Positions 1 to 8,478 of a stretch of DNA of 64,000 bases are shown piece by piece. The DNA lies in NCBI GenBank assembly GCA_963705105.1, contig CAVPIW010000005.1:448001-512000 (forward strand). The letters are read 5' to 3'. The first letter of the stretch is position 1. The number at the start of each line of letters is the position of its first letter. The notes beneath the pieces are model-generated. The model did no database searches. It was given only the letters and a program-made list of their open reading frames with translations, and was not told where the DNA came from. This DNA comes from an uncultured Nitrospiraceae bacterium. GTDB taxonomy: Bacteria > Nitrospirota > Thermodesulfovibrionia > Thermodesulfovibrionales > Dissulfurispiraceae. The translations under genes and the position numbers were made by a program.

Positions 1-911
1 ACTTTGCCGTTCTCGACGACGGGGACACTCATGTGCCGCACTATCTGCGAGTGCCCCGCCGGCAAACCACGCCGGCCCGGCACGGAGGCAAAATCATTGT
101 GCACGACGGGCCTGCCGGTCCGGGCGCAGTCCGCCCATACGCCTGCCGCTGAAAGGGGGTAATGCTTTTCATAGGGAGCCCGGCAATTCATGAGGGTATT
201 CCTGCTCCAGGAGACGAGCTCGATCGTTTCCTGGTCTTCGTTCAGGAAATGAAAATACCCGATCCTGCTGCCCGTCAAGCGGACAGCCTCCTCCAGGGCA
301 TAGCGGACGATCTCCTGCTCGCTCAATGTATGCGCCTTCTGTGAAAGTTCAAGTAGCGAGTTGAGACGCGATTCGTTGAGCCTGATGAGCTCTTCCGTCC
401 CTTTCTGCTCCCCGATATCCAGGGCCATGCCGGAGAGGTATTGCCTGTCACCTATTGAGACGAGCTGGCCGGTGAAGAGACAGTGTGTTGAATTGCCTCC
501 CTTTGCCATGAGCCTTGCTTCCGTTGAGGACCTGCCCCGGACAAAGACCTGCCGTATGGCCTCCGCTGCAGATGCGCGGTCTTCGGGGACCACGAAATCA
601 AGGGCCCTCATCGCCCCGATTTCTTCGGAGGAGTAACCGGATAGCAGCTCCAGCTTCCTGTTCCACCTTTCGAGGCGGCCGTTCTCATCGAAGAGATAGA
701 AGAGGCCCGGCAGGCTGTTGATGATCGAATCCGAAAGGCGTTTCTCCCGGAGCAGCGCCGTTTCCGCCTCTCTGCGTTCGGCCACTTCCTTCTCGAGATC
801 AGCCGTTCGTTCGGCCACTATCCGCTCCAGGGCTTCAAGTTCCCTGACCCTCATCCTGAGCGCTTCGAGTTCTTCATAAATATCCAATGCCGACTCTTTT
901 CCGTCACTCAT
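1..911 (-). CDS. PAS + GAF domain signal-transduction protein (runs off the window start)
   Basis: Manual translation from ATG 911: MSDGKESALDIYEELEALR...SIINSLPGLFYLFDENGRLERWNRKLELLSGYS (PAS-like), then a GAF-like region. Not in the ORF track because it is truncated. Confidence 0.8.
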   Translation of the reverse strand, partial: MSDGKESALDIYEELEALRMRVRELEALERIVAERTADLEKEVAERREAETALLREKRLSDSIINSLPGLFYLFDENGRLERWNRKLELLSGYSSEEIGAMRALDFVVPEDRASAAEAIRQVFVRGRSSTEARLMAKGGNSTHCLFTGQLVSIGDRQYLSGMALDIGEQKGTEELIRLNESRLNSLLELSQKAHTLSEQEIVRYALEEAVRLTGSRIGYFHFLNEDQETIELVSWSRNTLMNCRAPYEKHYPLSAAGVWADCARTGRPVVHNDFASVPGRRGLPAGHSQIVRHMSVPVVENGK

Positions 912-938
912 TGCAACTCCCCTGCAGAAATAGAAATC

Positions 939-959
939 GGGCCGTTCGGGGAACGGCCC
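939..959 (-). terminator. Probable intrinsic terminator of the exporter/TauE operon
   Basis: 9-bp stem gggccgttc-ggg-gaacggccc, followed on the minus strand by T-rich gatttctatttc. Confidence 0.5.
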
Positions 960-1002
960 CTACTCATTCATTCCCCTATTAGAAAAGGCCACTGTGTCAT
1001 GG

Positions 1003-1746
1003 TCACCCCGGCCGACGGGTCCTGAGATAGCGGATACCCGTCCAGGAGAGGACGGCCGCGAAAATCAGCCTCAGTGTCGACTCAGGGAGGATCAGGGCAA
1101 GGCTCCCGCCGAAATACGTCCCGATGAGCACCCCCGGGATGAGACCGTACAGGAGAGGACGTTCCACATTGCCGAGCCTGTCGTGCGTCATCGCGCCGAC
1201 GGACCCGGCCGGGACCATGGAGAGGAGCGACGTCCCCTGGGCCATATGCTGGCCGAACCCCGCAAGGAGCACCATGGCAGGTACCATGATAGTGCCGCCT
1301 CCGACTCCCATCATGCCTGAGAGGAATCCTGCAAAGATACCGGTCCCGAGGAGTGCGGCGATCCTGATCAACCCGCCGGCAGGCTGGCCGGCCTGGGAGA
1401 GATAAGGCTTGATGAGCAGCAGCGCCGACACGACGAGCAGGAAGCCGCCGAAGGACCGCTTCAGCTTCCAGTCAGGGAGAGAGTGTGCGAACCGTGCTCC
1501 CGCACGGGCTGTCAGGACGGCCGTCACTGCCATGAGAGCCGCTCCCGCGACGTCGACGGCGCCCTTGAGGGAATATGTGACGGCTCCGGACAGGCCGGTG
1601 AACACGAGAGCGACGAGACTCGTCCCGTGCGCCTTGTGCTGACCCATTCTAAGAAAGTCCACCATGAGAGGGATCATGACGACCCCGCCGCCGAGCCCGA
1701 CAAGGCCGCCGAAAAGGCCCGCAATCAATCCGATGAGAAATGACAT
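1003..1746 (-). CDS. Sulfite exporter TauE/SafE family membrane protein
   Basis: Two repeats of the GxxGxGGG motif (GLVGLGGGVVMIP; GMMGVGGGTIMVP) and AxGTSL; hydrophobic. Confidence 0.9.
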   Translation of the reverse strand: MSFLIGLIAGLFGGLVGLGGGVVMIPLMVDFLRMGQHKAHGTSLVALVFTGLSGAVTYSLKGAVDVAGAALMAVTAVLTARAGARFAHSLPDWKLKRSFGGFLLVVSALLLIKPYLSQAGQPAGGLIRIAALLGTGIFAGFLSGMMGVGGGTIMVPAMVLLAGFGQHMAQGTSLLSMVPAGSVGAMTHDRLGNVERPLLYGLIPGVLIGTYFGGSLALILPESTLRLIFAAVLSWTGIRYLRTRRPG

Positions 1747-1787
1747 CTCTATGCAGATCCTTCTGTCTGATATTGAGGAGGCAATGT

Positions 1788-2981
1788 CTACCTTTTGCGC
1801 ACGCGTGCGCCGTCGGTGATCGCATCATCGGGATGGGTGATGACGCTCTCTCCCGCGGAGAGGCCGGAGAGGATCTCCGCTGCAAGCCCGGTCCGGTGGC
1901 CGATCTCGACAGTTTGCTCACGGGCCCGGCCGTTCCTGACCACGAAAACCGCCCATCCCTCCCCCTTCCGGAAGAGGGCGCTCGCAGGCACCTGGAGCAC
2001 GTCTTTCCCCTCCCAGATGACGAAACGGGCCTCGACCCGGTACCGGTCAGCGAGGCCCTTCCAGTTCTCCGGCACCGACCTGATGTCGGCGATGACAAGG
2101 ACGCGCTGCTCTTCGACGCCGAGGCTCGAAATCTTCGTGAAACCTCCTGGTTCGACGACCCTCACCCTGCCTTCAAGGGCGGGGGATCCTCCCCAGCGTT
2201 CGAAATAAACCCGCGTTCCCGGCCTGATGCTGACGGCATCGGCAGAGAGCACCTCAACCTCCACCTCGATGTTGGCGGGATCCCCCACATCGATGAGGGG
2301 GTCGCCGGAATGAACCACCCCCTCGCTTTCGCGGTGGAGCTTGAGGACCGAGCCGCTGACGGGCGACCTGACCCTGGTGATCCGGCTGCTGTCCGCCACA
2401 TCCTCCGCTGCCGAGTATTTGAGGGTGTTTCTGGCCCTGTCGAGCTGATGAACGGCGACGCGCATGGAGGCCTCGGCAGAGAGACGGTTCGCTTCCGTCC
2501 GTTTTGCCTCGCTCCCGGACTGTTCAAGATTATCAAGTGCCGCATAGCCGGCGTCATAAAGCTGCTTTGTGCGGTCATGGTTGGCCTTCGCGTACGCTGC
2601 TTCAGCCTCTGCTGCACGAAGTCTCTCTTCAGCGGCCTTCACTGATGCACCGGCCGCGGCAACGGCCGCCTCCGCTTCGGCGCGGGAACGCGGATCGAGA
2701 GCCTCGGACCGCAAAGGCTCCAGTTCGGCCACGATCTGCCCCTTCCTGACAGTATCTCCCGCATCGATGAGGATGCGGCGCTGAAATCCCGACACCGGCG
2801 CCGATATGGTATAGCGGTCTTTCACCCGTGTCTTGCCCTCCTCCTCGACGGTCACCGTAAAGGAGCCCCGTGAAACGGTCGTCATGTCGGCGGGGACCGC
2901 CCCGGCCATGAAACCATAGGCAATTGCAAGGACGACGGCCGCTCCGAGGGCAATGATAAGAATCCAACGGCTTCGTTTCAT
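1788..2981 (-). CDS. Efflux periplasmic adaptor (membrane fusion protein)
   Basis: N-terminal anchor, lipoyl/coiled-coil MFP architecture, VPASALFR...W.VFVV and GL..GE.VI motifs. Confidence 0.9.
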   Translation of the reverse strand: MKRSRWILIIALGAAVVLAIAYGFMAGAVPADMTTVSRGSFTVTVEEEGKTRVKDRYTISAPVSGFQRRILIDAGDTVRKGQIVAELEPLRSEALDPRSRAEAEAAVAAAGASVKAAEERLRAAEAEAAYAKANHDRTKQLYDAGYAALDNLEQSGSEAKRTEANRLSAEASMRVAVHQLDRARNTLKYSAAEDVADSSRITRVRSPVSGSVLKLHRESEGVVHSGDPLIDVGDPANIEVEVEVLSADAVSIRPGTRVYFERWGGSPALEGRVRVVEPGGFTKISSLGVEEQRVLVIADIRSVPENWKGLADRYRVEARFVIWEGKDVLQVPASALFRKGEGWAVFVVRNGRAREQTVEIGHRTGLAAEILSGLSAGESVITHPDDAITDGARVRKR

Positions 2982-2987
2982 AGCACC

Positions 2988-5351
2988 CTACTCCCTCGTC
3001 TTCAGCACCGCAACGAGGTCCAGGCGGTCGAGACGGTACCGCACGATCAGACCTGACAGGCACGCCGATATGACGACGACGGCGGCGGCATAAGAGTATG
3101 TCGGCGGGGCGACGACCACGGGGACCCTGAAGAGGTCCGACGCAAGGGCCTGGGCGATGTATGTGCAGAGGCCCCTCCCGATGAGAAAGCCCAGGGGGAT
3201 CGAGGCGAGAGTGAGAAGGCCCAGTTCACCCAGGAAGATGTAGGAGATCTCGGCCCTCGTAAAACCGAGCACCCTGAGGCTCGCCAGTTCCCTTCCCCTT
3301 TCGGACAGGGCGATGCGGGCGCTGTTGTAAACGACGCCGAAGGCGATCGTTCCTGCCAAGATCGTCGCGACAAAGGTGAAAAAGAGGAGCGCCTCCGCCT
3401 GCGTCTCGTAGAAGTTCCTGATCTCCTGCTTCCGCATGACCACGCCGGCCACCCGGGGCATCTCGACGAGATCCCGGTACAGCCTTTCCCGATGGAGCAT
3501 GTCGACGGAGAGGTAGGCGCCCGATATGGCGTCATCCTCCCGCATGAGACGATTGAGGGCCTTTCTGTCCATGTATCCCGTCACACCGATGAACTGTTTT
3601 ACGAGGCTGACAACAGGGATCCGGCGCGTAGGCCGTTCGCCCTCGAGCACCTCGACGGTGAGCATGTCTCCGGCCTTGACGCCGAGCAGTTTCGCGAGAT
3701 AGTCCGTCAGGACGATCCCTTCCTCAGGGACACTGAAGGGTTTCAGGTCCGTGTCGATGAGAGAATGAAGGCGCCCGGCCGGCTCTATGGCCTGGATGGA
3801 CGAGCGGTAGCTCCGGTGGCCGAACCTGAATCGGGCCGACACGGAACGGAAGACCTCGGCGTGAGCGACCCCCGCCCGCCCTTTCAGTTCGTAGACGGCC
3901 TTGTACGACGTCGGCTCCGTAAACGTGACGGTCATGTCCTCCTTCTGGGCGAGCGAAAACTGGACGTCGATCATGAAATCGACGGCATCCTTCGAAAACA
4001 TTCCTGCTATCATGATAGCACAGGCAAAGGATATTCCAATGACGGTCAAGAGAGACTTGACGGGTCTCCTGGCTATATTTCTGACGATCATCTTCGTCGG
4101 CTGCGAGACGAGCTTCCAGATGGCCAGCCGCTCAAAAAAAACCGTTCGGTACCGGGCAGGCTGCTCGGGTCTCATCGCCTCGGCAGGAGGGAGCTTCACC
4201 GTCTTCAGCACGGCATGGACGATGCCCGCGAGGGCCGATAACACGCTGATGCCCGCCGCGACGATGACGACGGAGGGCTTCAGTTCATAGATCAGCGACG
4301 GGAAACGGTGGAATTCCATGTACATATTTGCGAGGCCCCTGCCGAGGGTTATGCCGATGCCGAGGCCGGCGGACACGCCGATAAGGACGATGAGCACCAC
4401 CATTTTCCCGTAATGCACGGCCACGTCCGCCGTCCTGTACCCGAAGGCTTTGAGTGTCGCGATCTGGTCGCGCTGCAGCCCGATGGTCCTGCTGATCACG
4501 ACATTGAGGAGAAAAGCGGCGACGGCGATGAAGATGGCCGGGAATATCTCCGCGCTTCGCCGGAGCTGCCGGAACTCTTCGGTGAGGAAGCGGTGCGACA
4601 ACTGGTCCTTCCGGGCGTAGGCGCCCAGACCGCCGTAGCGGTCGAGGAGGTCGTCGAGCCGCGCGATGACGTCGTCGGGCCGGGCGTCGCGGGACAGGGA
4701 TAGGGCGACGTCGTTGAAGGCGCCGTCCATGTTGTAGGCTATTCCAAGGGCGTCCCGTCCCATCCAGAGGATGGCGTGGCGCTTGTAGTCGGGGCTGATC
4801 GCCCCGGGCCTGCCCTGGATGACGAATTCGGGCGACAGGGCGATGCCGACGATGACGAGGGTCCTCCACCTGCCGTTGATGACGGCGCCGAAGGTGTCGC
4901 CGGGACCGAGGCGGTGGGCCTCTGCGAAGGGCTCGCTCACCATGACCTCATTGGTGCTCCAGGGTTGCACGAGCCTTCCTTTCCTGATGTAGACCCTGTT
5001 CAGGATGGGACTTCCCGTATCGGGGATGGAAACAATGCGGGCCGTCACGGGCTCCGGGAAACCCCGGATGTCCAGTTTCACGTCGGCGACGACGCGGGTC
5101 TCGACCCTGTTGACGCTTTCGATTTCGGCGATGCGCAATCTCAGGCTCTCCGGCGCCCGCTTGAGCGATGAGAAGACATCGGCGAAATCATACTCCCGGT
5201 AGAACCGGTCCCTCGTCAGGAGCAGGGAATTCATGGCACTGATGAGCATGACGAAGGTCGACACACCGCTGGCGATCACGAGGGAGATGGCGAGGACCTG
5301 ACCCTTCATCCTCCAGAGGTCGCGCCAGAGTTTCCTGTCCAGTGCCCTCAT
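2988..5351 (-). CDS. ABC transporter permease, FtsX/MacB family
   Basis: MRALDRKLWRDL start; two FtsX domains (QIATLKAFGY; RELASLRVLGF). Confidence 0.9.
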   Translation of the reverse strand: MRALDRKLWRDLWRMKGQVLAISLVIASGVSTFVMLISAMNSLLLTRDRFYREYDFADVFSSLKRAPESLRLRIAEIESVNRVETRVVADVKLDIRGFPEPVTARIVSIPDTGSPILNRVYIRKGRLVQPWSTNEVMVSEPFAEAHRLGPGDTFGAVINGRWRTLVIVGIALSPEFVIQGRPGAISPDYKRHAILWMGRDALGIAYNMDGAFNDVALSLSRDARPDDVIARLDDLLDRYGGLGAYARKDQLSHRFLTEEFRQLRRSAEIFPAIFIAVAAFLLNVVISRTIGLQRDQIATLKAFGYRTADVAVHYGKMVVLIVLIGVSAGLGIGITLGRGLANMYMEFHRFPSLIYELKPSVVIVAAGISVLSALAGIVHAVLKTVKLPPAEAMRPEQPARYRTVFFERLAIWKLVSQPTKMIVRNIARRPVKSLLTVIGISFACAIMIAGMFSKDAVDFMIDVQFSLAQKEDMTVTFTEPTSYKAVYELKGRAGVAHAEVFRSVSARFRFGHRSYRSSIQAIEPAGRLHSLIDTDLKPFSVPEEGIVLTDYLAKLLGVKAGDMLTVEVLEGERPTRRIPVVSLVKQFIGVTGYMDRKALNRLMREDDAISGAYLSVDMLHRERLYRDLVEMPRVAGVVMRKQEIRNFYETQAEALLFFTFVATILAGTIAFGVVYNSARIALSERGRELASLRVLGFTRAEISYIFLGELGLLTLASIPLGFLIGRGLCTYIAQALASDLFRVPVVVAPPTYSYAAAVVVISACLSGLIVRYRLDRLDLVAVLKTRE

Positions 5352-5355
5352 CGGA

Positions 5356-6096
5356 TCACCACCGGAGCTCGCCGGGCGGTCTCTTCACGGTGTTTGCGCT
5401 GACACCGGAGATGAGGCCGTTCCGGAGCTGCACGACCCGATCAGCCATGTCGGCGATGACAGCGTTGTGGGTGATGATGACCGTCAGCGTCCCCAGTTCA
5501 CGGTTGACCCTTTCGATGGCCTCGAGGACGACGATACCGGTCGATGAGTCGAGGGCGCCCGTCGGTTCGTCGCAGAGGAGCACCTCGGGGTTCTTCGCGA
5601 TGGCGCGGGCGATGGCGACACGTTGCTGCTCTCCTCCCGAGAGCTGGGCGGGAAAGTGGTCCATCCGCTCACCCAGGCCGACAACGGCAAGGGCCTCCTC
5701 GGGCTTCATGGGATGACGCGCTATTTCGGTCACAACAGCGACATTCTCGCGGGCCGTGAGGCTCGGGATGAGATTGTAGAACTGAAAGACGAAGCCCACA
5801 TGAAAGCGGCGGTAATCCGTGAGCTCCTGCTCCGTCGCATGGGTGATCTCCCTGTCCCCGTAGATGACCTGCCCGCCCGTGGCGGTGTCGAGGCCACCGA
5901 GGATGTTGAGGAGCGTGGACTTGCCGCTCCCGGAAGGGCCGAGGAGAACGACGAGTTCCCCTGCGCGGAGATCGAGGTCTACCCCTCTCAGGGCCTCCAC
6001 CCGCACTTCTCCCATGACGTAGACCTTTGTCAGGCCCCGTATGCGAAAGACAACGCCCTCTTGCTCAGGCCCGCGATCATCCGCCGCCGATACCAT
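5356..6096 (-). CDS. ABC transporter ATP-binding protein
   Basis: Walker A GPSGSGKS, signature [18 protein letters not shown]. Confidence 0.95.
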   Translation of the reverse strand: MVSAADDRGPEQEGVVFRIRGLTKVYVMGEVRVEALRGVDLDLRAGELVVLLGPSGSGKSTLLNILGGLDTATGGQVIYGDREITHATEQELTDYRRFHVGFVFQFYNLIPSLTARENVAVVTEIARHPMKPEEALAVVGLGERMDHFPAQLSGGEQQRVAIARAIAKNPEVLLCDEPTGALDSSTGIVVLEAIERVNRELGTLTVIITHNAVIADMADRVVQLRNGLISGVSANTVKRPPGELRW

Positions 6097-6241
6097 GAAA
6101 CAATACTACCACGACCGATAGACTCGTTGTGCAGAAGGGTACGCTTATTCTTGACACAAGGGGGGTGAAGTCGAAATCACAACGGACAAACAGAGGTGAG
6201 ACAAGCTGAAAAATGCAAAAAACCGGCCGTTTTCGGCTAAA

Positions 6242-6413
6242 GTGCGCCCGGATAGCAAGCGATTCTCGAGGGCTCAGCAGGAAGGGATATTGGCATCTTG
6301 CAAAGACCCTGTCCACGAATTTCAGCTTGGGCAACGAGTTTCTGACACCACAGGGACTTCTGTCGATACGATCACTGTTGATCGGGATTCACTATCCGGC
6401 TACGGCCCGATGA
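6242..6413 (+). mobile_element. Internally deleted group II intron remnant (probably class IIC): 5' end joined to the last ~50 codons of the RT/maturase
   Basis: Starts GTGCGCCCGG (intron 5' consensus GUGYG) just after a small hairpin. The frame ends SRKGYWHLAKTLST...QGLLSIRSL..IHYPATAR, resembling group II IEP C-termini. No RT core and no DV/DVI. Confidence 0.6.
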
Positions 6414-6419
6414 TTTCCT

Positions 6420-6628
6420 CGATTCGGCCTTTTTCCGTCTCTTGATGATTTTGGTCAACCCCCGAAGGGCCTCGTTGACTGCCTCATGATTGGAAAATAT
6501 TCAGCCACATCCGGATCGATTACCACCACGTTGGTCCCTTCAGCATACCTCTGCGCGTACTTACCCCGGATCCCCCCGCTGAAATCATATTCCTCAAGCA
6601 TGTCTGGATCATTCCGCATTTTCTTCAT
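6420..6628 (-). pseudogene. BrnA-like antitoxin, frameshifted
   Basis: MKKMRNDPDMLEEYDFSGGIRGKYAQRYAEGTNVVVIDPDVAEYFP, then a 1-nt shift near 6491 to HEAVNEALRGL. Confidence 0.6.
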
Positions 6629-6638
6629 AACGATGTCT

Positions 6639-6735
6639 CTCGGTCACAACCGGGCTCATACGAGCACCGCAAACTGTACATTTCATATGTGGCTCCGTAG
6701 GGTCTTATGGTCCTTTTCCCATTGTTCCGGACTGG
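6639..6735 (-). pseudogene. Fragments of a DUF4258 toxin C-terminus and a YgiT/MqsA-type Zn-finger N-terminus
   Basis: ...SPEQWEKDHKTLRSHI* overlapping the ATG (6686) of MKCTVCGARMSPVVTE. Confidence 0.45.
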
Positions 6736-6771
6736 TGTTCGTCAGTCTCGTGCAGGGCCTGGTTCACCCTC

Positions 6772-6996
6772 TCACCGGTATTTCAGCAGCTCGCGGACGG
6801 TCATGCCGATGTCTTGTGCGATCTCCCGGAGAAGAATAGGGGAGATGTCGCGGCCCTGATGAAAGGGTACCGTCGTGCCCCGACCATCCTCGTGTCTGAA
6901 CTGCTTGTGACCGCCTTTCTGCCTCGCCTCGTAGAATCCGAGGCGCTCAAGGATGGCAATCACTTCCGACGGCTTCAGAACTGGAATGACGCCCAT
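6772..6996 (-). CDS. hicA: HicA family toxin
   Basis: LKPSEVIAILERLGF...RQKGGHKQFRHEDGRGTTVPFH. Confidence 0.9.
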   Translation of the reverse strand: MGVIPVLKPSEVIAILERLGFYEARQKGGHKQFRHEDGRGTTVPFHQGRDISPILLREIAQDIGMTVRELLKYR

Positions 6997-6998
6997 GG

Positions 6999-7208
6999 CT
7001 AATCGACCACGACATTTTGGGTGCCCACAAATTCCGCCTCAAGCTTCGGCTCGCCTTCCTCGAGCAGCATCTCTATTACTTCTTTCAAGTTGGTCGCGAG
7101 CTCATCCATGGTCTCGCCTTGCGAGTGCGCACCCGGAAAGCCAGGCACATAGCCTACATACAATCCGGTGTCGGCGCACTTCTCCACTACGGCAGTGTAT
7201 GTTCTCAT
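6999..7208 (-). CDS. hicB: HicB family antitoxin
   Basis: YTAVVEKCADTGLYVGYVPGFPGAHSQGETMDEL..NLKEVI; adjacent to hicA. Confidence 0.9.
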   Translation of the reverse strand: MRTYTAVVEKCADTGLYVGYVPGFPGAHSQGETMDELATNLKEVIEMLLEEGEPKLEAEFVGTQNVVVD

Positions 7209-7495
7209 GTGGTGTTCTCCTTGAAGCTTTTTGGCTTCATCTTCTCGGGCGTTCCCGCAGCGCGCAGCGCTTCGGGAACCATTGTATTTTAGCTATCGAT
7301 TGTATTTTATCACATCAATACAGCGAAGAGGGGGTGAATCAAGAAATAAAACACAAAAATACAGTGACTTTCGGCTTTGAGAAGCCGCGTTATGTCGTCC
7401 GCAACGGGTGTCATGAGGCGACGATTGTCGTCAGGTTCGCCTTCCAGAATGCTATGCAATGTGTCACCCACCATCCGCTTGAAGCTCTGTCTTTT

Positions 7496-7707
7496 CCTTA
7501 CCGTTGCAATACACTCGCGGGAAAGGCGGGGCGTATGCGCCGAAAACCTTGCTGCGGCGACACCTGTATCAAAACGAGAGACGACCTATACGCCTATGGT
7601 CGATGACACAAAGAGTAGAATCCTGAAACACGAAGCTGACGAGGCGTATCGTCGCCTTCAGCAAGGCTTTGAGGCTCTTTGCCCCGCCTTTCTATGCAAC
7701 TCAAGGT
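7496..7707 (+). repeat. Family A ~200-bp palindromic dispersed repeat, full copy A1
   Basis: GTTGCA...GAAAGGCGGGGCG...CCCCGCCTTTC..TGCAAC; aligns with the copies at 34649, 54910 and 63371. Confidence 0.95.
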
Positions 7708-7735
7708 GTATGCAATGATTAAGGTATAATTCAAC

Positions 7736-8404
7736 ATGGACCGCATACCGGAACCGGAACTCATGGATGACGACGAACAGGCAAAGGCATACGCCATGGC
7801 TGATTTCGCCGAACCGCATAACAATTTCGTCCGCCTCTTCGGCGAGGTCTTTCCGGGACTTCAGGTCACAGGATACGTTCTCGACATCGGGTGCGGGCCC
7901 GGCGATGTCCTGCAGCGCTTTGCAAGGGCGTACCCGGATTGCACCATCCATGGCGTCGACGGCTCGGAGACGATGCTTCACTACGGCGAGAAAATGCTTT
8001 CGACGATGCCTGATCTGGCGGGACGTGTGCGGCTCATACACGGCATGCTTCCCGGCGCCGTCCTGCCGAGGGAACGCTACGACGTCATCATCAGCAACAG
8101 CATCCTCCACCATCTCCATAACCCGCAGGTCCTGTGGGAGGCGGTGAAAAGGCATGCAGCCGCCGGTGCACCTGTGTTCATCATGGACCTCATGAGGCCC
8201 CGGTCACAGGAGGAGGCGGGAATCCTGGTCGAGACCTACTCGCGGGATGAACCGGAGATACTGAAGAGGGACTTCTTCAACTCGCTGTGCGCGGCCTTTA
8301 CGATCGATGAGGTCCGGGAGCAGCTTCACGCTCCGGACCTGAGCCATCTTTCCGTGCAACCCGTCAGCGACCGGCACATGATCATCTGCGGCACCATTAA
8401 GTGA
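7736..8404 (+). CDS. Class I SAM-dependent methyltransferase
   Basis: MDRIPEPELMD start; motif I VLDIGCGPG; SNSILHHL. Confidence 0.9.
   Translation: MDRIPEPELMDDDEQAKAYAMADFAEPHNNFVRLFGEVFPGLQVTGYVLDIGCGPGDVLQRFARAYPDCTIHGVDGSETMLHYGEKMLSTMPDLAGRVRLIHGMLPGAVLPRERYDVIISNSILHHLHNPQVLWEAVKRHAAAGAPVFIMDLMRPRSQEEAGILVETYSRDEPEILKRDFFNSLCAAFTIDEVREQLHAPDLSHLSVQPVSDRHMIICGTIK
8189..8397 (+). repeat. 209-bp direct repeat, left copy (3' end of the methyltransferase)
   Basis: Matches 16953-17161 with 6 mismatches by manual alignment. Confidence 0.95.
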
Positions 8405-8461
8405 AACCTTTCTGTTGCATGAAAAGGCGGGGCGAAGCGCCTCAAAGCTCTGCTGAAGGCG
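8404..8461 (-). repeat. Family A partial copy A2 (right end only)
   Basis: aaacctttctgttgcatgaaaaggcggggcgaagcgcctcaaagctctgctgaaggcg is the near reverse complement of the A7 right end. Confidence 0.9.
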
Positions 8462-8478
8462 CCGATTTCGTTTGCAGC

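Noticed and set aside
6242..6260. gtgcgcccgg as the reverse complement of a tRNA 3' end
   Set aside because: No T-arm (TTCGAA) or cloverleaf follows.
7503..7700. Family A as integron attC sites
   Set aside because: The termini read GTT...AAC rather than RYYYAAC...GTTRRRY, the length exceeds typical attC sites, and the copies are dispersed in both orientations.
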